From an uncultured Acidaminococcales bacterium (GTDB lineage: Bacteria; Bacillota; Negativicutes; Acidaminococcales; JAISLQ01): a DNA stretch of 64,000 nucleotides. Both the position numbers and the translations under genes were made by a program. Under the pieces are notes generated by a model. That model did no database searches and had not been told where the DNA came from. It saw only the letters and a program-made list of their open reading frames with translations. The first letter of the stretch is position 1. The number at the start of each line of letters is the position of its first letter. Of this stretch, positions 31,723 to 41,167 are shown piece after piece. The DNA is taken from positions 2,845 through 66,844 of the forward strand of contig CAZKFG010000002.1 in the NCBI GenBank assembly GCA_964551985.1, given 5' to 3'.

Positions 31723-32508
31723 ATGAAAAAATTTCTTTTAACACTTTTAATTTCATTTTTATTGCCAGCAACAATCTTTGCTATGTCATATAACGACTTA
31801 TTGTTAAATGCTAGTTCGAGCAACAACATCATCTCGGCACGACGAGCGTTAGACAACGGAGCTAACGCCAACTACTGTCCACAATACAGATTATCACCTC
31901 TGGCTTATGCTGTAAAAAACAAAAACTACCAACTAGTACAGTTGCTTCTAAACAATAACGCCAAGCCTAATCTGCAAATTAATGATGGATATTACACCCA
32001 AACAGCTATCTTTTATGCTACATACAATAACGATTTTAAAATAGCAGAATTACTACTACAATCAGGCGCAGATGTTAATGTGCAAAAAACTGTTAATCAA
32101 AATGTAAACATAACAATTACTACTTCGCCAAAAAACAAAAATTATAAAAGTGAATATAATATAACTCCTGAAATAAGACAACTATCTCAAAATGCTACAC
32201 CACTTATTTTCGCTATCGAAAAAGAAAACTCGACTTTGCCTCCTTCTTTGCAATTAGTAACACTTTTTTTAAATTACGGTGCTAATGTAAACCAAGCAAA
32301 TCAATACGGTTTTACCCCACTTATGGCAGCTGCCAACTTAAAATTCGCCAGCGCAAAACAAGTTCGACTACAAATTGCTCAACTACTGCTAGATAATGGC
32401 GCTAATCTTCAAACAACAGATTCCGATGGCAGATCTGCACTACAATATGCAAGAGATACAAAGTTTACTGAAATGATAGAATTACTAGAAAAAAGAACCT
32501 ATCAGTAG
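31723..32508 (+). CDS. Exported ankyrin-repeat protein
   Basis: Signal peptide MKKFLLTLLISFLLPATIFA. ANK repeats include SPLAYAVKNKNYQLVQLLLNNNAKPN, TPLMAAAN...IAQLLLDNGANLQTTDSDGRSALQYA. Starts 3 nt after the yitT stop and has its own GGAGA RBS. Confidence 0.85.
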   Translation: MKKFLLTLLISFLLPATIFAMSYNDLLLNASSSNNIISARRALDNGANANYCPQYRLSPLAYAVKNKNYQLVQLLLNNNAKPNLQINDGYYTQTAIFYATYNNDFKIAELLLQSGADVNVQKTVNQNVNITITTSPKNKNYKSEYNITPEIRQLSQNATPLIFAIEKENSTLPPSLQLVTLFLNYGANVNQANQYGFTPLMAAANLKFASAKQVRLQIAQLLLDNGANLQTTDSDGRSALQYARDTKFTEMIELLEKRTYQ

Positions 32509-32516
32509 GTTCTTTT
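32491..32516. terminator. Bidirectional terminator between the ankyrin gene (+) and rsmA (-)
   Basis: AAAAGAACCTA-tcag-TAGGTTCTTTT flanked by an A-run and a T-run. The ankyrin gene stop codon lies in the right arm. Confidence 0.75.
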
Positions 32517-32520
32517 TTTA

Positions 32521-33363
32521 TTACCACTTATTAAAAACTCTCTCTAATCTTGCAAAATCTTGTATAGACAAATTCTCGGCTCTTTTTTTGCCATCAATTT
32601 GTGCCGCATTAAGCCATAGATTTGTCTGCTCACTAGTTAAGCCAATATTCTTCAAGGTATTGCAAATCATTTTGCGACGCTGGGAAAAAGCCGCTTTGAC
32701 AATTTGGAAAAAAGCCTGTTCATTATCAACATCAACAAACGGTTGTGTTCTTTTTTTACATACAATTACTGCCGAATCAACCTTTGGTGGAGGAATAAAG
32801 GCACTAGGCAAAACTTTAAAACTAACCTTCGCTTCCGTTCGATATTGTACAGCGATTGATAATGCCCCGTAAACTTTACTATCAGGTAAGCTTGCCATTC
32901 TTTGTGCAACCTCATTTTGCACCATAATGACTAGGCGTTCATAGTTAAAATCACTTTCCAAAAACTTCATTATTATAGGAGTTGTAATATAATAAGGAAG
33001 ATTTGCCACAACTTTAAAAGAAGCATCTCCTATTAAAGATCTTATATCCATTTGCATAATGTCTTGATAAACAACTTGCAAATTGGAGTGCTTCGCTTCT
33101 AGTTCACTTAAAACAGGTGTCAGACGTTTATCAAGTTCAACTGCAATGACTTTTTTACAACCACTTTGAGCAAGTAACTGAGTCAAAACTCCTATACCTG
33201 GTCCAACTTCCAAAATAATATCATCTTTTTGAATTTGTGCTGCTCCAATAATTTTTTGTAAAACATCGTCATCAATCAAAAAATTCTGCCCGAATTTTTT
33301 ATCAGCATGCAAATTATAACGCCTTAGAGCATCAAAAGTAATATCTTTACTCGTTTTCATCAA
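32521..33363 (-). CDS. rsmA: 16S rRNA (adenine1518/1519-N6)-dimethyltransferase RsmA/KsgA
   Basis: KFGQNFLID, SAM motif ILEVGPGIGVLT, ANLPYYITTPI. Confidence 0.95.
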   Translation of the reverse strand: MMKTSKDITFDALRRYNLHADKKFGQNFLIDDDVLQKIIGAAQIQKDDIILEVGPGIGVLTQLLAQSGCKKVIAVELDKRLTPVLSELEAKHSNLQVVYQDIMQMDIRSLIGDASFKVVANLPYYITTPIIMKFLESDFNYERLVIMVQNEVAQRMASLPDSKVYGALSIAVQYRTEAKVSFKVLPSAFIPPPKVDSAVIVCKKRTQPFVDVDNEQAFFQIVKAAFSQRRKMICNTLKNIGLTSEQTNLWLNAAQIDGKKRAENLSIQDFARLERVFNKW

Positions 33364-33889
33364 GTTTAGCTAACCCTTCTTCAAATTCTTGTCTTGTTAC
33401 AGAATAATTATTTAGCCGCACCAAAAATTGTTTGGCATTAGTATATCCAATACCCAAAAGCTTACCCAGTTCATTGCGACGCTTAGCAGAATCTCCATCA
33501 CCCGCTAAACCATTGAAAAAAAGATCTCCAGTGACAAATTCATTTTTTACCGTCTGAGTCTGAACCCTAACTTTAGCTAACGCCTTTTGGATTGTTTCAA
33601 TAGAAGCCTGTTCTATACCCACATCATTATTTTTGGTAGCATCTTCTTTAGCTACAAACGCTTGTTTTGCAAAAGGAAATTTTTTCGTCAAAAACCTGCG
33701 AATGCGTTCACCAGCTCCGTCAGGATCTGTAAAAATAATTATACCACGTTTTTCATAGGCAATTTTTATCTTCTCTACAGTATGCGGCCTTAAGGTAAAG
33801 CCTCCTGTTGCAATAATTTCTGCATCAACAGCTCTTTTAACAACTGCAATATCACTATTTCCTTCAACAATAATAACCTCTTTAATCAC
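33347..33889 (-). CDS. rnmV: Ribonuclease M5 (Toprim)
   Basis: IKEVIIVEGNSD and IIFTDPDGAGERIR. Start moved to the GTG at 33889 (GAGGA plus 5 nt), because the track ATG at 33916 lies inside the yabE terminator stem. Confidence 0.88.
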   Translation of the reverse strand: MIKEVIIVEGNSDIAVVKRAVDAEIIATGGFTLRPHTVEKIKIAYEKRGIIIFTDPDGAGERIRRFLTKKFPFAKQAFVAKEDATKNNDVGIEQASIETIQKALAKVRVQTQTVKNEFVTGDLFFNGLAGDGDSAKRRNELGKLLGIGYTNAKQFLVRLNNYSVTRQEFEEGLAKLDENE

Positions 33890-33906
33890 AATTATCCTCA
33901 CTATAT

Positions 33907-33940
33907 AAAAAGCCATAGACTTTTTTTGTCTACGGCTTTT
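33907..33940 (-). terminator. Rho-independent terminator after the yabE-like gene
   Basis: AAAAAGCCATAGAC-ttttttt-GTCTACGGCTTTT (one mismatch), with a T-run in the minus orientation, 4 nt after the stop at 33944. Confidence 0.65.
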
Positions 33941-33943
33941 ATT

Positions 33944-34897
33944 TTACTCTAAAACATAAACTTTTACCATACGTCTGCCAAAGGAAAACGCTTCCCCTTT
34001 AGTATCAACGCATAAATCAATACGATTACCTTGTATTGCTCCACCTGTATCTGCCGCAATAGCATGACCGTAACTAGGTATGTATATCCTAGAACCAAGT
34101 GGCACAACATCAGGATCAACTGCCACAACTCCACGTTTAGCAGGAATACCCATCTTCGTTATCCCAATGCAACCTTCATCCCAAGGAGTATAGGCTGTCG
34201 CCTCCATATTAATCACACGAGAAAATCTCATACTACCACGAGAAGTCTCCACTGTATTTGTCGTGCCCATTGCAACAATTTGCTCTTTTGCTGGGGTTAT
34301 TATATATTCTGCCAAATCAATTTTCTCTAGCTGACCACTAGCCAGTTCGACAAGCTTTACCAATACATTCTTACTTCCGTTTACACCTTCATTTAAAACA
34401 GTCTTCTGCCCAAGTTCCATATGACTATCAGGTCTATTTACAACCTGATAAGCAATTTCTCTTTGCTCTTGAACAATTTTCTCGTTTGCCTTTAACAAAG
34501 CTACATTCATTCCCTGTGACGGTCTGATGTTAGGATCAGGGAAAATTTTAACATCTGTCAAACTAATCCCCTCTTTTGCCAAAGCCTTCTCAAGAGTAAG
34601 CTCGCTTGTAAAAATTGATTTTTTTTCACCATCTTTAAAAACTACTAATTCTATAGGTCTTACAATTTGCACAATATTACCTGATGACAAAATAAAATTA
34701 TCTTTGTCGCTTAATTTTACCTTTGCCATCTTGATAGCATCTTTAGCAGATTGCCATTTTGATATTTTAACAACACTTGCTTTATCATCATCATAAACCC
34801 AGAAAGTTTTTTGCGGCTGAACAGAAAAATATATACCCAAAGTGAATACAAAAACAAGACACAATTTCCAGTAAACACCCAGATTTCTATTTTTCAT
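33944..34897 (-). CDS. yabE: YabE-like cell-wall protein (DUF348 repeats, G5 domain, C-terminal 3D/RlpA-like domain)
   Basis: N-terminal TM anchor. C-terminal ATAYTPWDEGCIGITKMGIPAKRGVVAVDPDVVPLGSRIYIPSYG...AADTGGAIQGNRIDL is the 3D-domain signature. Start set at MKNRN (34897) after AGGAGG plus 7 nt. Confidence 0.85.
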   Translation of the reverse strand: MKNRNLGVYWKLCLVFVFTLGIYFSVQPQKTFWVYDDDKASVVKISKWQSAKDAIKMAKVKLSDKDNFILSSGNIVQIVRPIELVVFKDGEKKSIFTSELTLEKALAKEGISLTDVKIFPDPNIRPSQGMNVALLKANEKIVQEQREIAYQVVNRPDSHMELGQKTVLNEGVNGSKNVLVKLVELASGQLEKIDLAEYIITPAKEQIVAMGTTNTVETSRGSMRFSRVINMEATAYTPWDEGCIGITKMGIPAKRGVVAVDPDVVPLGSRIYIPSYGHAIAADTGGAIQGNRIDLCVDTKGEAFSFGRRMVKVYVLE

Positions 34898-34921
34898 CTT
34901 TACACCTCCTAAAGTTTTAAT

Positions 34922-34951
34922 ATTGTAGCACAACAAAAGTACAAAAGTCAA
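34922..34951 (-). promoter_or_regulatory. Putative promoter of the yabE-like gene with an extended -10
   Basis: Minus strand TTGACT-18 nt-(TGc)TACAAT, about 25 nt upstream of the start codon. Confidence 0.55.
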
Positions 34952-35263
34952 ATTAGTCAAAACCCTTTGTTTTTGAACCTTTTTAAAATAAGGCTTGTTT
35001 TCAAACAACAAAAATAAGTATTGTTTATCTACATAAAAAGCATTTTTATCTTTTTATGCAAAAAATTTATAAACAAAAAAATTATTCGTTTTGTGTTGTA
35101 ATTAAATTTACAAAAAAAATTTTACAACTTATAATTAAAGCTTTTAAGCATTTGCAAATTTACTAATTTTATACAAAATTTATCTATCATTTAAAATTTG
35201 ATAAATGCTCAATTATGCTTTAAACTATTACTAGCATTAAATATATTATTGCGAGTGATAAAA

Positions 35264-36034
35264 ATGAGTTATTTTGAGTTTGAAAACCAGCTTATTTATT
35301 ATACTGAAACAGGTAGTGGCACGCCACTACTATTACTTCACGGCAATACAGCTTCATCTAATATGTTTTTAGAAGTTATTGATTTATATAAAAAGCATTT
35401 TCAAGTCATTTTAATAGACTTTTTAGGTCACGGAAAGTCTGACAGGCTATCTAAATTCCCTACAAATTTATGGTTTCATCAAGCACAACAAGTCATTGCT
35501 TTTTTAAAAGAAAAGCAGTATGGAAAAATAAATTTAATAGGGAGTAGTGGCGGCGCTTTAGTTGCCATCAATATAGCATTAGAAGCACCAGAACTAGTAG
35601 ATAAAGTTATTGCTGATAGTTTTGAAGGAGAAAAGCCTCTTAAAATAGTACTTGAAACTATTCAATCAGATAGAGAAAAATCCAAATTAGACAAAAATAC
35701 ACAAAATTTTTATGCTATCATGCATGGCAAAGACTGGGAGCAGGTTGTCGACAATGATACAAGTGCTATCATTAGACACAGTAAAGAAATAGGCACCTTT
35801 TTTCGTAAAAATCTTAATTTATTAAAACCAGATATTCTTTTAACAGGTAGCAAACAAGATGAATTTCTATCAATGCTATCTTCTGATTACTTTGAGCAGA
35901 CTTACGAAAAAATGCTTTTACAAATTGGACACGGTAAAATCCATTTGTTTAATACAGGTGGACACCCTGCTATGCTTACAAATCCAGAAGAATTTTACAA
36001 ACTGAGCAAAAAATTTTTCTGTTACAAAAAATAA
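35264..36034 (+). CDS. Alpha/beta-fold hydrolase
   Basis: LLLLHGNTASS (oxyanion region) and nucleophile elbow LIGSSGGALVA. A His lies near the C-terminus (NTGGHPAM). Start set at MSYFEF (35264). Confidence 0.8.
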   Translation: MSYFEFENQLIYYTETGSGTPLLLLHGNTASSNMFLEVIDLYKKHFQVILIDFLGHGKSDRLSKFPTNLWFHQAQQVIAFLKEKQYGKINLIGSSGGALVAINIALEAPELVDKVIADSFEGEKPLKIVLETIQSDREKSKLDKNTQNFYAIMHGKDWEQVVDNDTSAIIRHSKEIGTFFRKNLNLLKPDILLTGSKQDEFLSMLSSDYFEQTYEKMLLQIGHGKIHLFNTGGHPAMLTNPEEFYKLSKKFFCYKK

Positions 36035-36068
36035 AACCCAACATTATTTAGAAATAATGTTGGGTTTT
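36033..36068. terminator. Bidirectional terminator shared by the convergent hydrolase (+) and tatD (-) genes
   Basis: AAAACCCAACATTATTT / AAATAATGTTGGGTTTT, 17-bp arms. The hydrolase stop overlaps the first bases of the left arm, and the tatD stop and its last codons lie within the hairpin. Confidence 0.7.
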
Positions 36069-36832
36069 ATTTTGTCAAACAAAGTTTGAACATTTTTAGT
36101 TGTAGTTTGTGCAACTTGTTCAAAATCGCTCTTGCGAATTTCTGCGATTTTTTGACAGACAAGTTCTACCATACAAGGACTATTGCGTTTTCCTCTAAAT
36201 GGCACTGGGGTTAAATAGGGAGAATCCGTCTCTAGTAGCATGTAATCAAGTGGTATATTCTGAGCAACTTCAACTGTTTTAACTGCATTTTTAAAAGTTA
36301 CGCTCCCACCAAATGATAGATAAAATCCTTGTTTTAAAAGTACTTTTGCCATCTCCCAAGACCCTGAATAGCAGTGAAATACTCCTTTTAAGCCTCTACC
36401 TTCTGTTTGCATTATCTGCAAAATATCAGAATGCGCATCTCTGTCATGGATAATCACGGGTAAATCAAGTTGTCTTGCCAAATCAAGCTGCCTAATAAAC
36501 ACCTGTTTTTGTATATCGCGTGGTGAGTGATCATAATAATAGTCCAGTCCAATCTCACCAATAGCCACAACTTTTTGCTTTTTAGCATATTCAGCTAAAA
36601 TATCCTCATCATTTTTTTGCATCAACTTAGCCTCGTGTGGATGAAAACCAACGGCGGCATAAATATTAGAAAAATTATCCGAAAATTCTACTGCCATTTT
36701 AGAGGTCTGCAAATCCGTACCAGGATTGATAACACCAACTAGTTTATCAAGGCACTCTTGCAATACCTCTTGCCTATCTTGCTGATAATCAGAATCATCC
36801 AAATGAGCGTGTGAATCAAATAATAATTTCAT
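36044..36832 (-). CDS. tatD: TatD-family metal-dependent hydrolase (YabD)
   Basis: LFDSHAHLDD, GEIGLDYYY, LETDSPYLTP. Confidence 0.92.
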   Translation of the reverse strand: MKLLFDSHAHLDDSDYQQDRQEVLQECLDKLVGVINPGTDLQTSKMAVEFSDNFSNIYAAVGFHPHEAKLMQKNDEDILAEYAKKQKVVAIGEIGLDYYYDHSPRDIQKQVFIRQLDLARQLDLPVIIHDRDAHSDILQIMQTEGRGLKGVFHCYSGSWEMAKVLLKQGFYLSFGGSVTFKNAVKTVEVAQNIPLDYMLLETDSPYLTPVPFRGKRNSPCMVELVCQKIAEIRKSDFEQVAQTTTKNVQTLFDKIKPNIISK

Positions 36833-36833
36833 G

Positions 36834-38753
36834 TTATTTAACCTTGCTACCGGATTTTAAGCCGTCGACCTGTACTACTTTTAGATTTCCTTGATCATCA
36901 GATGCTGACAAAATCATGCCACAAGACTCTATTCCACGAAGTTTTATCGGTTTTAAATTAGCAACCACAACAACGCTTTTGCCAACTAATTCTTCTGGCT
37001 TATAATGCATAGCAATGCCAGATACAATTGTCCGCTCTTGACCTGCTATATCTAAAGTAAATTTCAGTAATTTGTCTGCTTTTTCTACCTTTTCACAAGC
37101 TAAAACTTTAGCTAAACACAAATCCATTTTAGCAAAATCATCAATAGTTATTTGCTCTGCTTCACTTTGCATTTGTTGTTTCTTTTCTGTTTTTTGCTCT
37201 TTTACAGCTGGTTTTTCTTCAATAATTTCAATTCTAGGGAAAATTGGTTCGCCCTTTACTACTCTAGTACCATCAGCAATCTCGCCCCATTTTTTAGCAT
37301 CTTGCAAAGAAAATACTTCTGGCGTGCGAACACCAAGTTGAGTTAAAATTTTAGGACTTGTTATAGGCATAAACGGTTGTATGAGCATTGCTACAACCCT
37401 TAATGTTTCAGCTAGGTTGTATAAAACAGTGTTCAAATAATCTTTCTTGTTCTCGTCTTTGGCAAGCGCCCAAGGCGACGTTTCGTCAATATATTTATTA
37501 GCACGAGATACTAACTGCCAAATACTTTTTAAAGCATCGTTTATTTCCATTTTATCCATATGCAAGACAAAGTTTTCAGTAGTTTTTTGAGTAAGTTCTT
37601 GTAACGCTTGTTCTAAAGTAGTATTTTCTGAACGTTTGTAGATAATTCCTTGATTAAAGCGCTCAATCATGTTGACCGTTCTATGTAATAAATTCCCAAG
37701 GTCATTAGCTAAATCGGCATTTATTCTGTTTATCAAAGCATCACGAGAAAAATTGCCGTCAGCACCAAGTGTGATTTCTCTTAGTAGAAAATATCTTATG
37801 CTATCCGCGCCAAATTCTTCAATTAATAGCAGTGGATCGACAACATTCCCTTTGGATTTTGACATTTTATCACCGTCAATTACAAGCCACCCATGACCGT
37901 ATACTTGTTTTGGCAGTGGTAAATCCATCGCCATTAGCATAATTGGCCAAATAATGGTGTGAAAACGAACAATTTCTTTCCCAACCAAATGCAAATTTGC
38001 TGGCCAATATTTGTTGAATTTTTCCATATCTTCAAACATACCTGCTGCCGTAACATAGTTTATTACCGCATCAAACCAGACGTAAATTGTATGCTTTTTA
38101 TCAAAAGGAACTGGTATTCCCCAATCAAAGGTTGAACGCGAGACACTTAGGTCTTCTAAGCCTTGTTTGACAAAATTAATCATCTCATTACGACGTGAAG
38201 CAGGGGTTATAAAATCAGGATTGTTTTGAATAAATTCTAGCCATCTGTCAGCATATGCAGACATACGGAAAAAATAACTTTCCTCTTTCATTGTTTCAAC
38301 AGGTCTATTGCAATCCGGGCAATTACCATCAACTAACTGACGTTCTAGCCAAAAAGCTTCACATTGAACGCAATATTTTCCTTCATATTCTGATTTATAA
38401 ATATCGCCTTTATCGTAGAGCTTTTGGAAAAAATACTGCACAGTCTTGTGCTGGCGTTCTTGGCTTGTTCTTATAAAATCATCATAAGATATATCTAGCT
38501 TTTCCCAAAGCAATTTAAAGTTTTCGATAATATTTGTAACATATTCTAATGGTGATACACCGTTTTCTTCGGCTTTTCGTTGGATTTTTTGACCGTGTTC
38601 ATCAGAGCCTGTGACAAATAGAACATCTTTGCCAACAAATCGATGATAACGCGCTAAAGCATCTGCAATAGTAGTGCAATATGCGTGACCTATATGCAGT
38701 TTGTCACTTGGATAATAAATAGGGGTAGTAATATAAAAAGTTTCTTTTTTCAT
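36834..38753 (-). CDS. metG: Methionine--tRNA ligase with C-terminal tRNA-binding (Trbp111/EMAP) domain
   Basis: HIGH motif (DKLHIGHAY), KMSKS (DKMSKSKGN), Zn knuckle CVQCE...CPDC. C-terminal GIESCGMILSA. Confidence 0.97.
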   Translation of the reverse strand: MKKETFYITTPIYYPSDKLHIGHAYCTTIADALARYHRFVGKDVLFVTGSDEHGQKIQRKAEENGVSPLEYVTNIIENFKLLWEKLDISYDDFIRTSQERQHKTVQYFFQKLYDKGDIYKSEYEGKYCVQCEAFWLERQLVDGNCPDCNRPVETMKEESYFFRMSAYADRWLEFIQNNPDFITPASRRNEMINFVKQGLEDLSVSRSTFDWGIPVPFDKKHTIYVWFDAVINYVTAAGMFEDMEKFNKYWPANLHLVGKEIVRFHTIIWPIMLMAMDLPLPKQVYGHGWLVIDGDKMSKSKGNVVDPLLLIEEFGADSIRYFLLREITLGADGNFSRDALINRINADLANDLGNLLHRTVNMIERFNQGIIYKRSENTTLEQALQELTQKTTENFVLHMDKMEINDALKSIWQLVSRANKYIDETSPWALAKDENKKDYLNTVLYNLAETLRVVAMLIQPFMPITSPKILTQLGVRTPEVFSLQDAKKWGEIADGTRVVKGEPIFPRIEIIEEKPAVKEQKTEKKQQMQSEAEQITIDDFAKMDLCLAKVLACEKVEKADKLLKFTLDIAGQERTIVSGIAMHYKPEELVGKSVVVVANLKPIKLRGIESCGMILSASDDQGNLKVVQVDGLKSGSKVK

Positions 38754-39592
38754 TGTGGTTCTTCCTCCAATAATCGCCTGTACAGTTCATTTTTTTTCAC
38801 ACCAAACTCTTGGGCAATTTGTTTCATACTTTCTTTTTTATCAAAACCTGCTTTTATAAGTTGCTGCAGCTTTAAAAAGGCTATTTCCTGAACATTTTCC
38901 TCCTCTTGCGGAAGCTCGTTTTTTTGTACTACTATAGTAAATTCTCCGCGCGGTGGTTTCCCCTCTAGCCACAATAGGCTATCTTGTATACTACCACGAA
39001 AAAATTCTTCATATAACTTTGTCAGCTCTCTAGCTAAAGCAATTTTCCTATCACCAAATATTTCTTGCATCTCTGTAAGCACTTGCACTATCCTGTGTGG
39101 TGCTTCATATAAAATAATTGTCGCAGGCAAATTTTGCCATTGTCGTAATTGTTCTTGTCGATGTTTTTTTGTTTTTGGTAAAAACCCGCCAAAAAAAAAT
39201 GGCGTTGTGCATATCCCTGATGCTATCAATGCACATAGCGCAGCATTAGCTCCTGGTAAAGGAATTATTTTTATATTTTTATCAACCGCAAGCTGCACAA
39301 GGTGTTCACCAGGGTCTGCAATGCCAGGATAGCCAGCATCACTTACTAATGCAATATTTTTACCTTGCAATAGTAAATTTATTAATTCAGGACCTACTCT
39401 ATCTTTGTTATGCTCGTGATAGCTAAATAGTTTTTTATTTATTTGTAAATGATTGAGTAGTTTTTTCGTATGGCTTGTGTCTTCTGCCGCAATTAAATCA
39501 ACCTGCTCTAATGTTTTGACAAGTCTTAAAGTAATATCTTCAAGATTACCAATTGGCGTTGCACACAGATACAAATTTCCTGTCTCTTGCAA
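38750..39592 (-). CDS. rsmI: 16S rRNA (cytidine1402-2'-O)-methyltransferase RsmI
   Basis: LYLCATPIGNLEDITLR, SDAGYPGIADPG. 4-nt overlap with metG. Confidence 0.93.
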   Translation of the reverse strand: MQETGNLYLCATPIGNLEDITLRLVKTLEQVDLIAAEDTSHTKKLLNHLQINKKLFSYHEHNKDRVGPELINLLLQGKNIALVSDAGYPGIADPGEHLVQLAVDKNIKIIPLPGANAALCALIASGICTTPFFFGGFLPKTKKHRQEQLRQWQNLPATIILYEAPHRIVQVLTEMQEIFGDRKIALARELTKLYEEFFRGSIQDSLLWLEGKPPRGEFTIVVQKNELPQEEENVQEIAFLKLQQLIKAGFDKKESMKQIAQEFGVKKNELYRRLLEEEPQ

Positions 39593-39613
39593 CTTAATCG
39601 CCTCATTTTTAAA

Positions 39614-40333
39614 TTATTTTTTATCAAAACAATTATAGTGCAACATCATCTGTTTAGTATAATTATTTTGATTATCATAAACAAAAAGTGGTGGCAAAAC
39701 ATCAAGCCCTTGATTAGAGCCATATCTTGCCTCAAGCAAAAACAGACTTGCTTTTTTTTGCTCGTTAGAATGGACAAACTGCAAACGTTTAGGTTGCAGT
39801 TTGTTAGATATGCAATAGCTCAAAATTTCATCTAGTCGTTCTGGTAACTGAACAATGTTTAGCTTGCCACCATATTTTAAAAGATATTTTGCTGCAGCTA
39901 TAAAATCAAGTGTACTGCCATCTTGCTCGTGGCAAGCTGTTTTATCGTTTCCTGCTCTTAATCTGCCATGACCTAGCTTTCGATAGGGCGGATTTGTAAC
40001 AACAATGTCAAATTGACCACTGATAAAACTGTCTTTTATATTTTTTACATCACATTTTTGAGCAAAAACTTTGTCTGTCAAATTATTTTTTACAATACTT
40101 TCAGCAAACAAAGACAATGTGACATCATTTATATCTATCCCTGTAACGCTAAAAGCACTTTTACAAGCCACAAGCATTGCTATAGAACCTGTGCCAGTAC
40201 CTAAATCAATAACTTTTTGCTTTGGGTTGATGTTGGCAAATGATGCTAACAAAATTGCATCTAAAGTAAATTTAAACTCTTTATCATCTTGATATATAAA
40301 CAATCCATTTGGCAGAGTGTTTAGTTCTTTCAT
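39614..40333 (-). CDS. SAM-dependent N6-adenine methyltransferase (YabB / tRNA1(Val) m6A37 TrmN6-like)
   Basis: VIDLGTGTGSIAM and the catalytic TNPPY. Conserved position beside rsmI. Confidence 0.8.
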   Translation of the reverse strand: MKELNTLPNGLFIYQDDKEFKFTLDAILLASFANINPKQKVIDLGTGTGSIAMLVACKSAFSVTGIDINDVTLSLFAESIVKNNLTDKVFAQKCDVKNIKDSFISGQFDIVVTNPPYRKLGHGRLRAGNDKTACHEQDGSTLDFIAAAKYLLKYGGKLNIVQLPERLDEILSYCISNKLQPKRLQFVHSNEQKKASLFLLEARYGSNQGLDVLPPLFVYDNQNNYTKQMMLHYNCFDKK

Positions 40334-40336
40334 ATA

Positions 40337-41167
40337 TTAAATAATAATATCACTAGCATCTGTTATTTCATCAAAGCTAATGTTGACAATATTTGTCTCT
40401 GAAAGTTTTATAGCCGCTGTACGCTCTTTTTTATTTAAGTTGACAACAGTTCCTTCACCAAGAGAAGTCATAACTTGACTACCTACTTTTGGCAATTTTT
40501 CTTTTCTGTCACAACAGCTTTTTTCACTTACATATAAATGATTTTCATATTTTAAGCAGCACATCAAGCGACTGCAAATTCCGGAAATCTTTGTTGGATT
40601 TAAAGATAAATTTTGATCTTTTGCCATTTTGATAGAAACAGGCTCAAAATCTCCTAAAAATGTAGCGCAGCATAATGTTCTGCCACAACTACCTATGCCA
40701 TTTAGCATTTTTGCCTGATCACGCACACCAATTTGCCTAAGTTCGATGCGTGTACGGAAAATTGCTGCTAAGTCTTTGACCAACTCGCGAAAATCTATCC
40801 GACCTTCTGCTGTAAAATAAAAAATTATTTTATTAACATCAAAAGTATATTCCACATCTAAAAGTTTCATTTGCAAATTATGATTTTTTATTTTTTCTTC
40901 ACAAATAGTAAATGCTTCTTTTTCTTTTTTCTTATTTTGTTCATATTTTGCAGAATCTTGGCTTGTAGCCTTACGTAAAACCGGTTTTAACGGTTGTACA
41001 ATCTCATGTTCTTGAAGTTGCCTTTTGCCAACTACCACATGTCCATACTCTAATCCACGCACAGTTTCGACAATAGCAAAATCACCTTTATCAATATCTA
41101 TATCAACAGGATCAAAATAGTAGATTTTGCAAGCTTTTTTAAATCGTATTCCGATAACAGTAGTCAC
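40337..41167 (-). CDS. ricT: PSP1-domain protein YaaT/RicT
   Basis: PSP1 C-terminal pattern with GIGSCGRTLCC...CSRLMCCLKYE. GTG start after AAGGAGG plus 6 nt. Confidence 0.88.
   Translation of the reverse strand: MTTVIGIRFKKACKIYYFDPVDIDIDKGDFAIVETVRGLEYGHVVVGKRQLQEHEIVQPLKPVLRKATSQDSAKYEQNKKKEKEAFTICEEKIKNHNLQMKLLDVEYTFDVNKIIFYFTAEGRIDFRELVKDLAAIFRTRIELRQIGVRDQAKMLNGIGSCGRTLCCATFLGDFEPVSIKMAKDQNLSLNPTKISGICSRLMCCLKYENHLYVSEKSCCDRKEKLPKVGSQVMTSLGEGTVVNLNKKERTAAIKLSETNIVNISFDEITDASDIII

Noticed and set aside
31656-31871. 71-aa minus-strand ORF across the yitT/ankyrin junction, and similarly 47647-47901 and 47847-48041 antisense to the UDG gene
   Set aside because: These are shadow ORFs opposite well-supported genes, with no translation signals.
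34898-35263. Possible c-di-AMP (ydaO-type) riboswitch or sRNA in the long AT-rich region upstream of the yabE-like cell-wall gene
   Set aside because: A good extended -10 promoter lies only about 25 nt from the start codon, leaving no room for an aptamer. The remaining sequence is low-complexity A/T with no conserved helices or G+C-rich pairing that I could find.
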